A DNA stretch of 64,000 nt, taken from the NCBI GenBank assembly GCA_963706005.1, contig CAVPLL010000002.1:22148-86147 (forward strand). The letters run 5' to 3'. Position 1 is the first letter of the stretch, and each line of letters begins with the position of its first letter. This document shows positions 20,394-31,008 of this stretch, piece by piece. The notes beneath the pieces are model-generated. The model saw only the letters and a list, made by a program, of their open reading frames with translations, had not been told where the DNA came from and did no database searches. Position numbers and translations under genes: made by a program. The DNA is from an uncultured Actinomycetes bacterium. Its GTDB lineage: Bacteria; Actinomycetota; UBA4738; HRBIN12.

Positions 20394-20640
20394 GCGGGCC
20401 TCCCTCCGTCTTCCTGCGTCAGGACCCAGGTCCTGAGCGGGCGCAGGTGCCGCTCATTCACTCCTAGATCCGGCAGAACCGCAAATCGCCCGCCGCCGGC
20501 CGCCCCGGGGACGTGAGGGTTCAGGACACGACGATCTCCGAGCTCCCGATCCGGGCGTCGAGCAGCGTGAGCAACCGTGCCCCGCTTGTCGAACGACTCG
20601 TCTCGATGGCCGATGAGGTGGGCGCCGACCCTGGCGCCGC

Positions 20641-21888
20641 TCAGGTGAGCTCGACCCGCACCGGCATGTGCTTGATGCCGTTGATGAAGTTCGAGCGGAG
20701 GCGCTCGATCGGGCCGGTGATCTCGAGGCTCGAAAGGCGCGGTATCAGCTCCTCGAACATCACCCGGACCTCCAGGCGCGCGAGGTGCGCGCCCAGGCAG
20801 ACGTGGGGCCCTCCGCTTCCGAACGCCATGTGCGGGTTCGGGTCACGGCCGACGTCGAACCGTTCGGCGTCGGGGAAGACCTCCTCGTCGTAGTTGCCCG
20901 ACACGAACCAGACGACGACCTTGTCGCCCTCGCGGATCGACGTGCCTCGCAACTCGAGGTCGCGCGCCGCGGTCCGACGGAAATGCATCGTCGGCGAGCC
21001 GTACCGGAGGATCTCCTCGGTGGCCAGCGGCAAGAGCGCGGGGTCCTCGCGGAGCCGCCGCCACTGATCCGGATGATCCACCAGGGCCCGCACGCCGTGG
21101 GTGATCGCGTGCCGCGTCGTCTCGTTCCCGGCCACGATCAGCAGGCAGAAGAAGTTGTCGAAGTCACGCTCGGACAGGCGCTCGCCGTCGAGCTCGGCCT
21201 GGACGAGCTTGCTGACCAGGTCGTCCTTCGGTTCCGCCCGTCGCTCGTCGGCGAGGCCGTGGCCGTAGGCCATGAGTTCGACCGCCGCCGGGCTCCGGAA
21301 GGGGAGGAGGCGAAACTCGCTCGTGTCCTCCTTGTCGATCACTGCCCGCGAGTACTCGGGATCGGCCTGGGCGATCATGGCGTCGCCGAGCTCGACGCAC
21401 ATCGGCAGATCCTCGTTCGGGACGCCCATGATCCGAGCGAGGACGCGGATCGGGAGCTCCCGCGAGATCTCCTCGACGAAGTCGAACTCCTCCTTGGGCA
21501 GACCCCGGTCGAGCACGAGCCGAGCCTGCTCACGCACGAACCCTTCGTACTGGGCGACCGCGCTCCTCGTGAAGAGCTTGGTGACCAGGCGCCGGAGCCG
21601 CGAATGGCCCGGCGGATCCATGTCGATCATCGACCGCCGGGCCTGGACCTCTTCCTCGGTCTGCTCCTCGAGCGTCACCCCATGGGCCGACGAGAACGTC
21701 TTCGTGTCGCGGAGGATGTCCTCGATGTCGTGGAACCGGGTGACCGCCCAGAAGCCGCGGTTCGGCGTGGGCTCGGGCTGCCAGTGGACGGGATCGCGCT
21801 CGCGGAGCTCCCGGAAGGCCCAGAGCGGGACTTCGTCCACGAAGGCGTCGTGGCTCGACAGATCGATCTCGTCCAGTCGAACGCTCAC
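20641..21888 (-). CDS. cytochrome P450
   Basis: 415 aa with the heme-thiolate loop FGSGGPHVCLGAHLARLE, I-helix LLIVAGNETT and an EILRY (ExxR) motif. Intact. Confidence 0.95.
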   Translation of the reverse strand: MSVRLDEIDLSSHDAFVDEVPLWAFRELRERDPVHWQPEPTPNRGFWAVTRFHDIEDILRDTKTFSSAHGVTLEEQTEEEVQARRSMIDMDPPGHSRLRRLVTKLFTRSAVAQYEGFVREQARLVLDRGLPKEEFDFVEEISRELPIRVLARIMGVPNEDLPMCVELGDAMIAQADPEYSRAVIDKEDTSEFRLLPFRSPAAVELMAYGHGLADERRAEPKDDLVSKLVQAELDGERLSERDFDNFFCLLIVAGNETTRHAITHGVRALVDHPDQWRRLREDPALLPLATEEILRYGSPTMHFRRTAARDLELRGTSIREGDKVVVWFVSGNYDEEVFPDAERFDVGRDPNPHMAFGSGGPHVCLGAHLARLEVRVMFEELIPRLSSLEITGPIERLRSNFINGIKHMPVRVELT

Positions 21889-21996
21889 CCGTGGCTCCTC
21901 TCGATGGCGATGCCCGGGTAGTTTGCGACCGAACGAACGCGACCGGCAAGCCGCGGGGGGCCGCGACCCATCGGTCGCGGCCCCCGACGGTTCGGT

Positions 21997-23205
21997 TCAG
22001 GCCGACTCGCGGACGTGCCAGGGCGCCCCGTACGCCGGGAGCCGCTCCAGGAACGGATCGGGGTCGAACGCCTCGGGGCCGAGGACCCCTGCGTCCTTCC
22101 AGATCCCCTCGGACAGCAGCTCCATCGCGATGACCGGGTTCACGGCCGTCTGCCAGACGACGGCCTGGACGCCGAGCTCACGCATCGTGACCTCGTTGTC
22201 GGCCACCTGGTACAGGTACACCTGCCGCGGTGCGCCGTCCTTGATCCCAGTGACGAGCGTCCCTGCGCAGGTCTTGCCGACCATCCGGTCGCCCAGGTGC
22301 GCCGGATCGGGCAGCAGCGCCGCGACGACGTCGCGGGGCGCGACCTTGACGCCCCTCACGTCCACCATCTCCGTCGAGTCCAACCCGAGGAGCTCGATCG
22401 TCTTCAAGATGTCGATGAACTCGCGACCGAGCCCGTACTTGAAGGTGACCCGCCCGACGTCGATCCACCGGGGCACGAGCAGCACCTCTTCGTGCTCGAC
22501 GTTCACGCACTCGACCGGGCCGATGCCCTCGGGGAAGTCGAAGACCTCGGGCTCGCTGAACGTCTCGGTCGTGTACCAGCCGCGGTCGCGCTCCCACACG
22601 ACCGGCGGGTTCAGGCACTCCTCGATCGTGGTCCAGATCGAGAAGTTCGGGGCGAACCGGTAGCCCTTGACCTCGAGGTTGGCGCCGTCGCGCACGCCGA
22701 TCTCGTCGATGCGGTCGAACAGGTGCTTGGCGGCGTACGCCGCGAACACGTCCGCCAGCCCCGGCTCGACGCCCATCCCCACGAGAGCGAGCAGGCCCTT
22801 CTCCCGCCAATCGTGGGACCGGGCGAACTGGTAGTCGCCCAGCTTGATCCCGGGATGGCGATAGGGCTCCTCGGGGTTCCGATGCGACAGCGACATCGCC
22901 ATGTCGACGTACGTCACCCCCGCTTCGAACGCCGCGTCGAAGATCGGCTCGACGAACTGCGGCTCGACCGCGTTCATCACGAGGTCGACCTCGTGACGCC
23001 GGATCAGCTCCACCAGCCCGCCGACGTCGCCCGCATCCACGGGTTCGACCGGGAAGACGGTCGGATCATCCAGGCGTCCGGCCACCTCGTGCGCACGCTC
23101 CGGGTTCACGTCGGCCAGGACCATGCGCTCGAGCCACGGTCGACCCCTGGCGACGGCGGCGATCGCCTCGCCGACACCGCCCACACCCACCAACAGGACC
23201 CTCAT
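21997..23205 (-). CDS. saccharopine dehydrogenase family protein
   Basis: MRVLLVGVGGVGEAIAA (Rossmann) and the C-terminal Sacchrp_dh region. AAAGGAG RBS. The ATG at 23205 lies 5 nt after the permease stop. Confidence 0.85.
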   Translation of the reverse strand: MRVLLVGVGGVGEAIAAVARGRPWLERMVLADVNPERAHEVAGRLDDPTVFPVEPVDAGDVGGLVELIRRHEVDLVMNAVEPQFVEPIFDAAFEAGVTYVDMAMSLSHRNPEEPYRHPGIKLGDYQFARSHDWREKGLLALVGMGVEPGLADVFAAYAAKHLFDRIDEIGVRDGANLEVKGYRFAPNFSIWTTIEECLNPPVVWERDRGWYTTETFSEPEVFDFPEGIGPVECVNVEHEEVLLVPRWIDVGRVTFKYGLGREFIDILKTIELLGLDSTEMVDVRGVKVAPRDVVAALLPDPAHLGDRMVGKTCAGTLVTGIKDGAPRQVYLYQVADNEVTMRELGVQAVVWQTAVNPVIAMELLSEGIWKDAGVLGPEAFDPDPFLERLPAYGAPWHVRESA

Positions 23206-23209
23206 GTCA

Positions 23210-24849
23210 TCACTCCTTTCCGTGCGGAACCGTCGGCCGAGTCGGGGTCGTGGACCCCGGGACGGCCGGCGTCGGGAACGGCTTGAGCCCGCCGGCGTCC
23301 GCCTCACCCGCGACCCGGACCTCGGCGGTCTCCTCGGTCACGCGGAACTCGTCGGGCAGCAGATCGGTGAGCGACTCGGCCACCTGGGCCTTGCGCGAGA
23401 AGAACGGCTTGTAGGCGACGCGAGCCCAGATCCACAGCGGGATGCCGATCAGGAGCATCCCGAGCCCGATCACCAGCGCCGGTCCCACGCCTTCGAAACC
23501 TCCGATCGCGAACCAGGCCGTCGTGTACGAGTTCGCGGGGTTCCAGTAGTCGATCGCCGACCGGACGAAGACCCAGGCCAGCGCCGCGAACCCGAGCACC
23601 GGGACCAGGCCGACCAGCAGGAAGTTCTTGACGCTCGTGAACACGTGCTTGCGGAACAGGATCGGCGCGGCGATCGCCGTGATGCCGTAGTAGAAGGCGA
23701 TCGCGAACCCGAGGCCGCTGATCGAGTCCCACAGGATGTTCTCGCTGCTGTCGATCAGCACCAGGACGATCCACCACAGCACGGATGCGATCCCGAACCA
23801 CCAGGTCGACCAGGTCGGCGTGAGGTACTTGGGGTGCATCTTCGCGAGGGGGCGTGGCAGGGCGCCGTGCGCCGCCATCGACAGCACGGTGCGTGCCGTC
23901 GGCAGGATCGTCGTCTGCGTCGAGGCCATCGCCGAGGTCAAGATCGCGAGCATCAGGAGCTTGTCCCAGGGGCTTCCGACCATCGTCGTCAGCGCGTCAT
24001 CCGGGTTGTTGCCCAGGAAGCCGGGGCCCCGGTACGCCGTCGTCGCGAAGGCCACGATCAGGTAGGTCCCGAGCAGCACGAGCGTCGACATCACTCGTCG
24101 CGACACCCGCGGACGTCCGACCGCGCGTCTCCTCGTTCACGTTCGCCGCGGTGTCCCAACCCCAGTAGATGAACAGCGCGAGCAGGATGCCTGCGACAGC
24201 TCGGTGAGGCTCAGGTTGAATGGGTTCATCCACTGCCACGAGAGCGGCGTCGAACCGGCCGGGTGACTCGCAGGTAGACCTTGGCGATCGCCGAGGTGGA
24301 GAACCCGACCAGGATGACGATCTCGATCCCGAGCAGGGCGAACTGGGTCCGGGCGGACAGCTCGATCCCGATCCACGTGATCAGCGTCATCCCGAGGATG
24401 AACACCGTGCCGAGGATCAGCAGCGCCCAGGTGTTCGATGCGAGGTCGTCGAGCCCGAACAGCGAGTACGTGTAGTACGCCGCGATCCAGGCGAGGCTCG
24501 GCATCACCACGAGGTCGGCGGCGATGACGCCCCAGCCCCCGAGCCATCCCGCGTTCGGCCCCATCGCGCCGGTCACCCAGGGGAAGGTCGCGCCGCAGTC
24601 CGGGTCGACCCGGTTCAGGTAGTAGTACGCGGCCGCCGTGAACAGCATCGGGATGAACGCGACCAGCATGATCGCCGGCGAGTACATCCCGACGACCACC
24701 GCCAGGAGCCGAGCGTGGCGGCCATGCTGTAGGCGGGCGCGGTCGATGCCACCCCGATCACGGTCGCCGAGACGACCCCGATCGCCCCATCGCTTCAGGC
24801 CCTTGTCGTCGCGCACGGCAGCAGCCGGTGACTGCAGCTCCAGGGTCAT
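23210..24849 (-). pseudogene. APC-family amino acid/polyamine permease, about five frameshifts
   Basis: MTLELQSPAAAVRDDKGLKR / GAIGVVSATVIGVASTAPAYSMAATLG / LLAVVVGMYSPAIMLVAFIPMLFTAAAYYYLNR...AKVYLRVTRP / ...LSWQWMNPFNLSLTELS / VAGILLALFIYWGWDTAANVNEET / RRVMSTLVLLGTYLIV...(298-aa C-terminal ORF). The frame switches lie near 24785, 24715, 24255, 24195 and 24120. Confidence 0.8.
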
Positions 24850-24976
24850 CTGGGCACCCCCTCAGATCGGGAATTCCACCCCGATGCTCCGGCCGGTCAC
24901 GTGCGCCTGACAGGGCTGGAGGGTCCGTGCTCGATGGGGCCATCGGGGTCCCGCCCGAGCGTGGTGCCTGGTCCTG

Positions 24977-26284
24977 CTAGAAGAAGGGCAGGTAGTACTC
25001 GATCTCCCAGGGGGTGACCTCGGTCGTGGTGGGGTCGCCGACGGTCTTGGCGTAGCGCTCCCACTCGGCGCGCTTCAGCTTGGTGAAGGTCTCGACCAGC
25101 CATGGCCCGAGGGCCGAGCAGAGCTCCTCGTCGGTCCCGAGCGCCGCGAGGGCGGCCTCGAGGGTGGGTGGCACGCGCCGTTCGGTGTTCGGAGGCTCGC
25201 CCGCCCGCTGCGGCTCCAGAGGGGACATCTGGTGCTCGACCCCGAACCGCGCAGCATGCAGCACCGCGGCGGCCACCAGGTACGGGTTCGCGGCGCCGTC
25301 GGCCATCCGGTGTTCGATCCGAGTGCCTTCGCCGCGCGCGGGCGGGATCCGGACGCAGACCGTGCGGTCGTCGAAGCCCCAGTTGGCCCAGTACCCGTTC
25401 AGCATGTCGGGCTGCAGGCGCTTGTACGCGTTCGCGTGGGGCGCGGCGATGGCCGAGATGCCCTCGTGGTGCGCGAGCAGACCGGCGACGCACTCCTTGG
25501 CCATCGGCGCGAGGCCGTCGGGTGCGTTCGGGTCGTGGAAGGCGTTCGAGCCGTCCTCCCGTCGGAACGAGATGTTGAGATGCAGCCCGCTGCCGCCGCG
25601 ATCGTTGAACGGGCGGCCGAGGAAGGTCGCGAGCTTGCCGTGCTGCATCGCGATCTCCTTGACGAGGAGGCGGAACAGGAAGCATTCGTCGGCGGCGGGT
25701 ATGACCTCCTTGTACCGGATGTTGACCTCGTACGCGGCGGTGTCGAACTCGCTGGCCCAGCCCTCGATCGGGAACCCGCACTGCTGCGCCGCTCGGACCA
25801 TCGCGTCGATCGTGCCGCTCGGATCGACGGTCGCGCCCGTGCCGTAGACGCGGTGCGACGGCAGGTCGACGGGCTGCCACCCGCCCTCCGAGCCGGGCTC
25901 GAGCAGGTAGAACTCGGACTCGAAGGCGAACATCGGCTCCAGGCCCATCGCGCGCCACGGCTCGACGGCCGACCGCAGGACCTGGCGGGGATCGACCTCG
26001 AGCGGCGTCCCGTGCTGCTGGACGTCGGCGATGCCGACGATCGTGTCCTCCTCCCAGCCGGGGCGGAGCGTGTCGCGGTCGATGAACGCCTCGACGTCGG
26101 GCAGGCCGACGTCGAACTGCTGCCGGGAGATGTCGAGGATCTCCTTGTCGGTCGTCAGCGGATACACCCCGATGCAGAACGCGGCGTGCCCCGCATCCGC
26201 GACATCGCCGAACAGGTACTTCCCGCGTTCGACACCGAGCACGTCGGAGAACAGGAGTCGGAGCCGCTTGCCCTTGATGTCCAT
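24977..26284 (-). CDS. glutamine synthetase family protein (GlnA-like, possibly gamma-glutamyl-amine ligase)
   Basis: MDIKGKRLRLLFSDVLGVERGKY...SEFYLL...GSGLHLNIS...RIEHRMADGAANPYL are GS catalytic-domain motifs. GAGGAG RBS before the ATG at 26284. Confidence 0.85.
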   Translation of the reverse strand: MDIKGKRLRLLFSDVLGVERGKYLFGDVADAGHAAFCIGVYPLTTDKEILDISRQQFDVGLPDVEAFIDRDTLRPGWEEDTIVGIADVQQHGTPLEVDPRQVLRSAVEPWRAMGLEPMFAFESEFYLLEPGSEGGWQPVDLPSHRVYGTGATVDPSGTIDAMVRAAQQCGFPIEGWASEFDTAAYEVNIRYKEVIPAADECFLFRLLVKEIAMQHGKLATFLGRPFNDRGGSGLHLNISFRREDGSNAFHDPNAPDGLAPMAKECVAGLLAHHEGISAIAAPHANAYKRLQPDMLNGYWANWGFDDRTVCVRIPPARGEGTRIEHRMADGAANPYLVAAAVLHAARFGVEHQMSPLEPQRAGEPPNTERRVPPTLEAALAALGTDEELCSALGPWLVETFTKLKRAEWERYAKTVGDPTTTEVTPWEIEYYLPFF

Positions 26285-26358
26285 CGAAGCTCCTCGATCG
26301 GGGTCCAGCCGAGGATAGTCGAGGGGCCCGCGACGCCGCTCCGCTAGGGTCACCCGGG

Positions 26359-26904
26359 GTGGACGAGGACTTCCGGCTCGAGACCGAGCGGCTGCGTCTG
26401 CGGCCCTACCGGCCGGACGATCTCGACGACCTGCACGCGATGCTCTCCGACGCTGAGCACATGCGCTGGTACCCCGAGCCGTTCCCCCGCGAAGGATCGC
26501 TCGAGTGGCTCGAGCAACAGATCGCGGGATACGAGGACCCGGGCTACGCCCTTTGGATCGTCGAGGACAAGGAGACCGGGATGTTCCTCGGGACCGCGGG
26601 GCCGGCCCTGCGTCTCGTGGATGGCGTCGAGGAGGTCGAGATCGGCTGGCACACGCGCCCGGGTCGCAAAGGGGAGGGCATCGCGCCCGAGGCCGGCGCG
26701 GCCGCGCGGGACTGGGTGTCCGCGAACCTCGACGTGGATCACGTCATCTCGCTCGTCCGGCCCGAGAACCGAGCCTCCTGCCGCGTGGCGGAGAAGATCG
26801 GCATGCACGTCGACCGAGAGGTCGACTACAAGGGGATCCATCACCGGGTCTACCGGGTCGACCGCGTCACGCCGGATCCGGCAGGCGGGGGAGGAGCGCC
26901 GTGA
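26359..26904 (+). CDS. GNAT family N-acetyltransferase (RimJ/RimL-like)
   Basis: LETERLRLRPYRPDDLDDLHAML...IGWHTRPGRKGEGIAPEAGAAARDW...NRASCRVAEKIGM. Confidence 0.85.
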   Translation: MDEDFRLETERLRLRPYRPDDLDDLHAMLSDAEHMRWYPEPFPREGSLEWLEQQIAGYEDPGYALWIVEDKETGMFLGTAGPALRLVDGVEEVEIGWHTRPGRKGEGIAPEAGAAARDWVSANLDVDHVISLVRPENRASCRVAEKIGMHVDREVDYKGIHHRVYRVDRVTPDPAGGGGAP

Positions 26905-27282
26905 CCGAACCCTCGGATCCGAGATCCCGCGCGTACGCGTAGACGGCGCCAGCCGCATCGGCGGCGGGCCCGACGGTGCACAGCAGGCCCGTGGTCGGCC
27001 CCTGACCGGCGCGCCACGAGTCGTCTTCCCACGTGCCGGCCCGCGAACGGTGATGGCCACGTAGTCGCCTTCGGGGATCGAGCCCTCCTCGTCGTGCTCG
27101 ACCGTGACGTTCGAGACGTTCAGCGTGAGGTCTTCGAGCTCGATGCCGCGGCCGAGCCCGAGGGCGATCATCTCGCCGAGCATCCGGAGGAACGGCTCCT
27201 CGTCCGTGCGCGGGCTCCACATCTGCGGAGGGCGCTCGACCTTCGTGAACCCCTGGGCGCGCAGCAGCGCCTCGAGATCCAT
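26867..27282 (-). CDS. hypothetical protein (about 138 aa if one frame break near 27030 is bridged)
   Basis: MDLEALLRAQGFTKVERPPQMWSPRTDEEPFLRMLGEMIALGLGRGIELEDLTLNVSNVTVEHDEEGSIPEGDYVAITVRGPA, then (other frame) GTWEDDSWRAGQGPTTGLLCTVGPAADAAGAVYAYARDLGSEG.... The start overlaps the FAH stop (TGATG). Confidence 0.4.
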
Positions 27283-28127
27283 CAGCCCTTGCCCGGCGGC
27301 CGGATCCCGCGGAACTCCCAGTCACCGCCGAACGCGGTCGAGACGACCTCCTCCGACGCGCTCGGCTGGGCGCCGACGTCCTCGCGGACCGGGACCGAGC
27401 CCTCGACGATCGTGTTGCGCAGGGTGCCGAGACCCTCGACCTCCACCTCGACCACGTCGCCCGGCTCGACCGGGCGCGAGTTCGCGGGCGTCCCCGACAG
27501 GATGACGTCGCCGGGCACGAGCGTGATCGTCCGGGCGATGTCGGCGACGAGGTAGTGCATGTCCCAGGTCATCTCGTCGGTTGAACCGTCCTGCTTCACC
27601 TCGCCGTTCACGAGGGTTCGGATCCGCTTGCCGCGGAAGTCCCAGTCGTCGACGAGACCCGGGCCGAGCGGGCACAGCGTGTCCGAGCCCTTCACGCGCA
27701 GCATCGAGCCCGCGTCGGTGTCGCGGAAGTCGTGCAGGCCGTAGTCGTTGGCGATCGTGTAGCCGGCGACGTACGCGGGAGCTTCGTCCGGCCCGATATG
27801 CGAGCAGGTGCGCCCGATCACGATCGCGATCTCGCCCTCGTAGTTCAGGTACCGGCAACGGGGCGGTCGCACGACCTCGCCGCCGTGCGCGTTCAGCGCG
27901 CTGACCGGTTTGTGGAAGTACGTGGGGGCGGGCGGCATCCGTGCGAGGAACTCCTTGACCCGGCTCTCGTAGTTCAGGTGCACGCAGACGATCTTGGTGG
28001 GCTGGGTGGGCGGGAGATGCTCCGCGCTCCGCAGCGGGACCCGTACGCCGTTCGGTGCGACGAGCTCGTCGCCCTCGCGCACGACGGTCGTCGGGACGCC
28101 GTCGAACAGGATCCGCCGGGTCTCCAT
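27282..28127 (-). CDS. fumarylacetoacetate hydrolase (FAH) family protein
   Basis: METRRILFDG...KIVCVHLNYESR...LNYEGEIAIVIGR...GYTIANDYGLHDFR...VKGSDTLCPLGP...PGDVILSGTPA. GGAGGTG RBS. Confidence 0.85.
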   Translation of the reverse strand: METRRILFDGVPTTVVREGDELVAPNGVRVPLRSAEHLPPTQPTKIVCVHLNYESRVKEFLARMPPAPTYFHKPVSALNAHGGEVVRPPRCRYLNYEGEIAIVIGRTCSHIGPDEAPAYVAGYTIANDYGLHDFRDTDAGSMLRVKGSDTLCPLGPGLVDDWDFRGKRIRTLVNGEVKQDGSTDEMTWDMHYLVADIARTITLVPGDVILSGTPANSRPVEPGDVVEVEVEGLGTLRNTIVEGSVPVREDVGAQPSASEEVVSTAFGGDWEFRGIRPPGKG

Positions 28128-28170
28128 GAGCACCTCCGGGTCGTTCGGGACCGACCGGTAGTATCTCGCC

Positions 28171-28959
28171 GTGGCCGAGCTGAAGGGGTTCGTTCCGCCG
28201 CTCACGCCCGAAGGGCGGTCGTCGGTGGTCGCCGGTCCGCCGTGGCACTACTCGGGCGACCTGCTGACGATCGAGTACCGAGCGGCCCCAGGCTCGGTCG
28301 CGCGCTGGCTGCCGGACCCGATCGAGCCGGCCGAGGAGGACCCCGACGCCGTCGCCGTGATCTTCGCCGACTGGCAATCGTGCTCGGCCACCCTCGAGGA
28401 GCCGCTCGACCCGGTCCGCTCGCAGTACAAGGAGGCGTTCGTCGTCGTCCGGTGCCGGTACCGCGGCGAGACCTACTCGCGGTGCATCCTGATCTGGGTC
28501 GATAAGGACTTCGCGATGGTCCGGGGCTGGCACCAGGGCTACCCGAAGAAGCTCGGCTCGATCTGGATCACGCGGCCCGTCCGCTTCGGCAAGGCCGGGC
28601 CCCGACTGGAGCCGGGCGGGGCGTTCGGGGCGAGCGTGAGCGTCCACGACCGCCGTATCGTCGACGCGTCCTTCACGATCACCGGCCCGGGCGAGACCAA
28701 CGGGTTCGTGAACGCGCTGCCGATGCTCCACTCGCGCTACTTCCCGAGCATCGAGGAGGGCACGCCCGCCTCGATGGACGAGCTCGTGACGATGAAGAGC
28801 TACGACTGGGAGGGCTCGGACGTGTGGACCGGCGACGCCCGGCTCTCGTTCGGCGCGTCGCCCGTCGAGGAGCTCGAGAGCCTCGCGCCGGTGGAGATGA
28901 TCGCCGGCTACTGGCGGAGCGTGGGCGTGACCTGGGGCATCGGCACGAGGCTCGCCTGA
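28171..28959 (+). CDS. acetoacetate decarboxylase (ADC) family protein
   Basis: 262 aa: PPLTPEGRSSVVAGPPWHYSGDLLTIEY...YKEAFVVVRCRY...GYPKKLG. Pattern of the ADC/MppR-like fold. Confidence 0.7.
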   Translation: MAELKGFVPPLTPEGRSSVVAGPPWHYSGDLLTIEYRAAPGSVARWLPDPIEPAEEDPDAVAVIFADWQSCSATLEEPLDPVRSQYKEAFVVVRCRYRGETYSRCILIWVDKDFAMVRGWHQGYPKKLGSIWITRPVRFGKAGPRLEPGGAFGASVSVHDRRIVDASFTITGPGETNGFVNALPMLHSRYFPSIEEGTPASMDELVTMKSYDWEGSDVWTGDARLSFGASPVEELESLAPVEMIAGYWRSVGVTWGIGTRLA

Positions 28960-28963
28960 CCGG

Positions 28964-30214
28964 GTGGCTCGCGCCCTCCGCACGATCGACGGTTCGACCG
29001 CGCGCCGGCTCGCGATCGCCGTCCAGCGGCTGTCCGGTACGCCACCGCGCTCGAGCCCGAGGGCCGTGCTCGGCGTCCTCCGCTCGATCCGCTGCGTGCA
29101 GCTCGATCCGATCTCGGTCGTCGCCCGGAGCCCGCACCTGGTGCTCGGGAGCCGCGTAGCCGGGTTCGACCCGAACCACCTGGACCGGCTGCTCTGGCGC
29201 GACCGTGCGGCCTACGAGTACTGGGCGCACGCGGCGTCGATCGTCCTCACCGAGGATCACCCGATCCACGCCTGGTACATGCGGCGGTACCTCCGCGACG
29301 ACGGGTCGGCGTGGAACCGCCGCCGCCTCGACTGGATGGCCGCGAACGCGAAGCTCAAGCGCTCGGTGCTCGCGCGGATCCGTCGAGAGGGTCCGGTGCT
29401 CGCTCGCCGGCTCACGGGAGAGCTCACCAGCGAGCCGTGGCGCTCGAGCGGCTGGACGAACGAACGCAACGTCGACCGGATGCTGGGGTTCCTGTGGGCA
29501 TCGGGCTCGATCATGGTGGCGGGCCGCGAGGGGATCCAGAAGCTCTGGGACCTGACCGAACGCGTGCTCCCGCCGGACACGCCTCGAGAGCGGCTGTCCG
29601 ACCTCGAGGTCACGCGTCGAGCGGTCGACCCTTCGCTCCGCGGGCTCGGGGTCGGGACGCCGCAGCAGATCAAGACGCACTTCACGAGAGGCCGCTACCC
29701 CGAGCTGAAGCGCGTGCTCGGCGAGTTCGAGCGAACCGGGCGGATCGAACGCGTGAGGGTCCGCCACGACGGAGCGTCGTTGCCGGGGACGTGGTTCGTG
29801 CACGCGGGCGACCTCCCGCTGCTCGAGCGGATCGAGCGGGGGCGGTGGGAGCCGCGCGCCACGATGCTGTCGCCCTTCGACAACCTGATCGCCGACCGCG
29901 CCCGGGCGAAGCTGCTGTTCGGCCTGGACTACCGGATGGAGATCTACGTGCCCAAGGCGAAGCGTCGGTACGGCTACTACGCGATGCCGGTGCTCGACGG
30001 CGATCGATTCGTCGCACGGGTCGACCCCGCTATGGATCGCCCGAACGGGCGGCTGTTCGTCCGAGCTGTCCATGCCGAGCCCGGAGTGCGGCCCACGCGC
30101 GGGTCAGGACGCGCGGTGGGAGCGGCGGTGCGCGACCTCGCGACGCAACTGGGCGCGACCGAGATCGAACTCGACGGCCCTGCGCCGGCGCCGTGGCGCG
30201 CCGGGCTGGGCTGA
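28964..30214 (+). CDS. winged-helix DNA glycosylase YcaQ/AlkZ-like family protein (DUF1006)
   Basis: ...RLAIAVQRLSG...VLRSIRCVQLDPISVVARSPHLVLGSRV...YEYWAHAASIV...MPVLDGDRFVARVDP. Confidence 0.75.
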   Translation: MARALRTIDGSTARRLAIAVQRLSGTPPRSSPRAVLGVLRSIRCVQLDPISVVARSPHLVLGSRVAGFDPNHLDRLLWRDRAAYEYWAHAASIVLTEDHPIHAWYMRRYLRDDGSAWNRRRLDWMAANAKLKRSVLARIRREGPVLARRLTGELTSEPWRSSGWTNERNVDRMLGFLWASGSIMVAGREGIQKLWDLTERVLPPDTPRERLSDLEVTRRAVDPSLRGLGVGTPQQIKTHFTRGRYPELKRVLGEFERTGRIERVRVRHDGASLPGTWFVHAGDLPLLERIERGRWEPRATMLSPFDNLIADRARAKLLFGLDYRMEIYVPKAKRRYGYYAMPVLDGDRFVARVDPAMDRPNGRLFVRAVHAEPGVRPTRGSGRAVGAAVRDLATQLGATEIELDGPAPAPWRAGLG

Positions 30215-30240
30215 GTTCCCCGTGCGGTAGCCTGCGGCCC

Positions 30241-31008
30241 ATGCGGCTGGTGCGGTTCCGGTTCGGCGATCGCATCGCCACCGGCGCGTCCGAGTTCGAG
30301 TCGGACACGATCCGGGTCCTCAAAGGCACGTTCTTCGAGGATCCGATCCCGACGGGGGAGGAGGTGCCGTTCGACGACGTCCGGCTGCTCGCCCCGGTGC
30401 TGCCCTCCAAGGTCGTCTGCGTCGGCAAGAACTACGCGGCGCACGCGGCCGAGTTCGGGATGGACGTGCCCGAGGAGCCGTTGGTGTTCCTCAAGCCCTC
30501 GACCGCCGTGATCGGGCCGCGCGACCCGATCCGCCTGCTTCCGGTCAGCCGGCGGGTGGACTACGAGGGGGAGATGGCGGTCGTGATCGGCCGGATCGCC
30601 AAGGACGTACGGACCGAGGAGGCCTTCAAGCACATCCTCGGCTACACGTGCGCGAACGACGTCACGCTCCGAGACCTCCAGAAGACCGACGACCAGTGGG
30701 CGCGCGCCAAGGGGTTCGACGGGTCGTGTCCGCTCGGCCCCTGGATCGAGACCGACCTGGATCCCAACGACGTCCGCGTCGAGACCCGGCTGAACGGCGA
30801 CGTCCGGCAGGCCGGGCAGACGAGCGACATGGTCTTCGGCGTCGCGACGCTGATCGAGTACATCACCGCGTTCATGACGCTGCTCCCGGGGGACGTGATC
30901 CTGACGGGCACGCCGGAAGGGGTCGGCACGCTCTCGCCGGGCGACCTGGTCGAGGTCGAGGTCGACGGGGTCGGGACCCTCGCCAACCCGGTCGAGGGGA
31001 CCGCGTGA
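30241..31008 (+). CDS. FAH family protein (2-keto-4-pentenoate hydratase/isomerase-like)
   Basis: MRLVRFRFGDRIATG...KVVCVGKNYAAHAAE...VDYEGEMAVVIGR...GYTCANDVTLRDLQ...KGFDGSCPLGPW...PGDVILTGTPEG. The upstream part of the 565-aa track ORF is junk. Confidence 0.9.
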   Translation: MRLVRFRFGDRIATGASEFESDTIRVLKGTFFEDPIPTGEEVPFDDVRLLAPVLPSKVVCVGKNYAAHAAEFGMDVPEEPLVFLKPSTAVIGPRDPIRLLPVSRRVDYEGEMAVVIGRIAKDVRTEEAFKHILGYTCANDVTLRDLQKTDDQWARAKGFDGSCPLGPWIETDLDPNDVRVETRLNGDVRQAGQTSDMVFGVATLIEYITAFMTLLPGDVILTGTPEGVGTLSPGDLVEVEVDGVGTLANPVEGTA

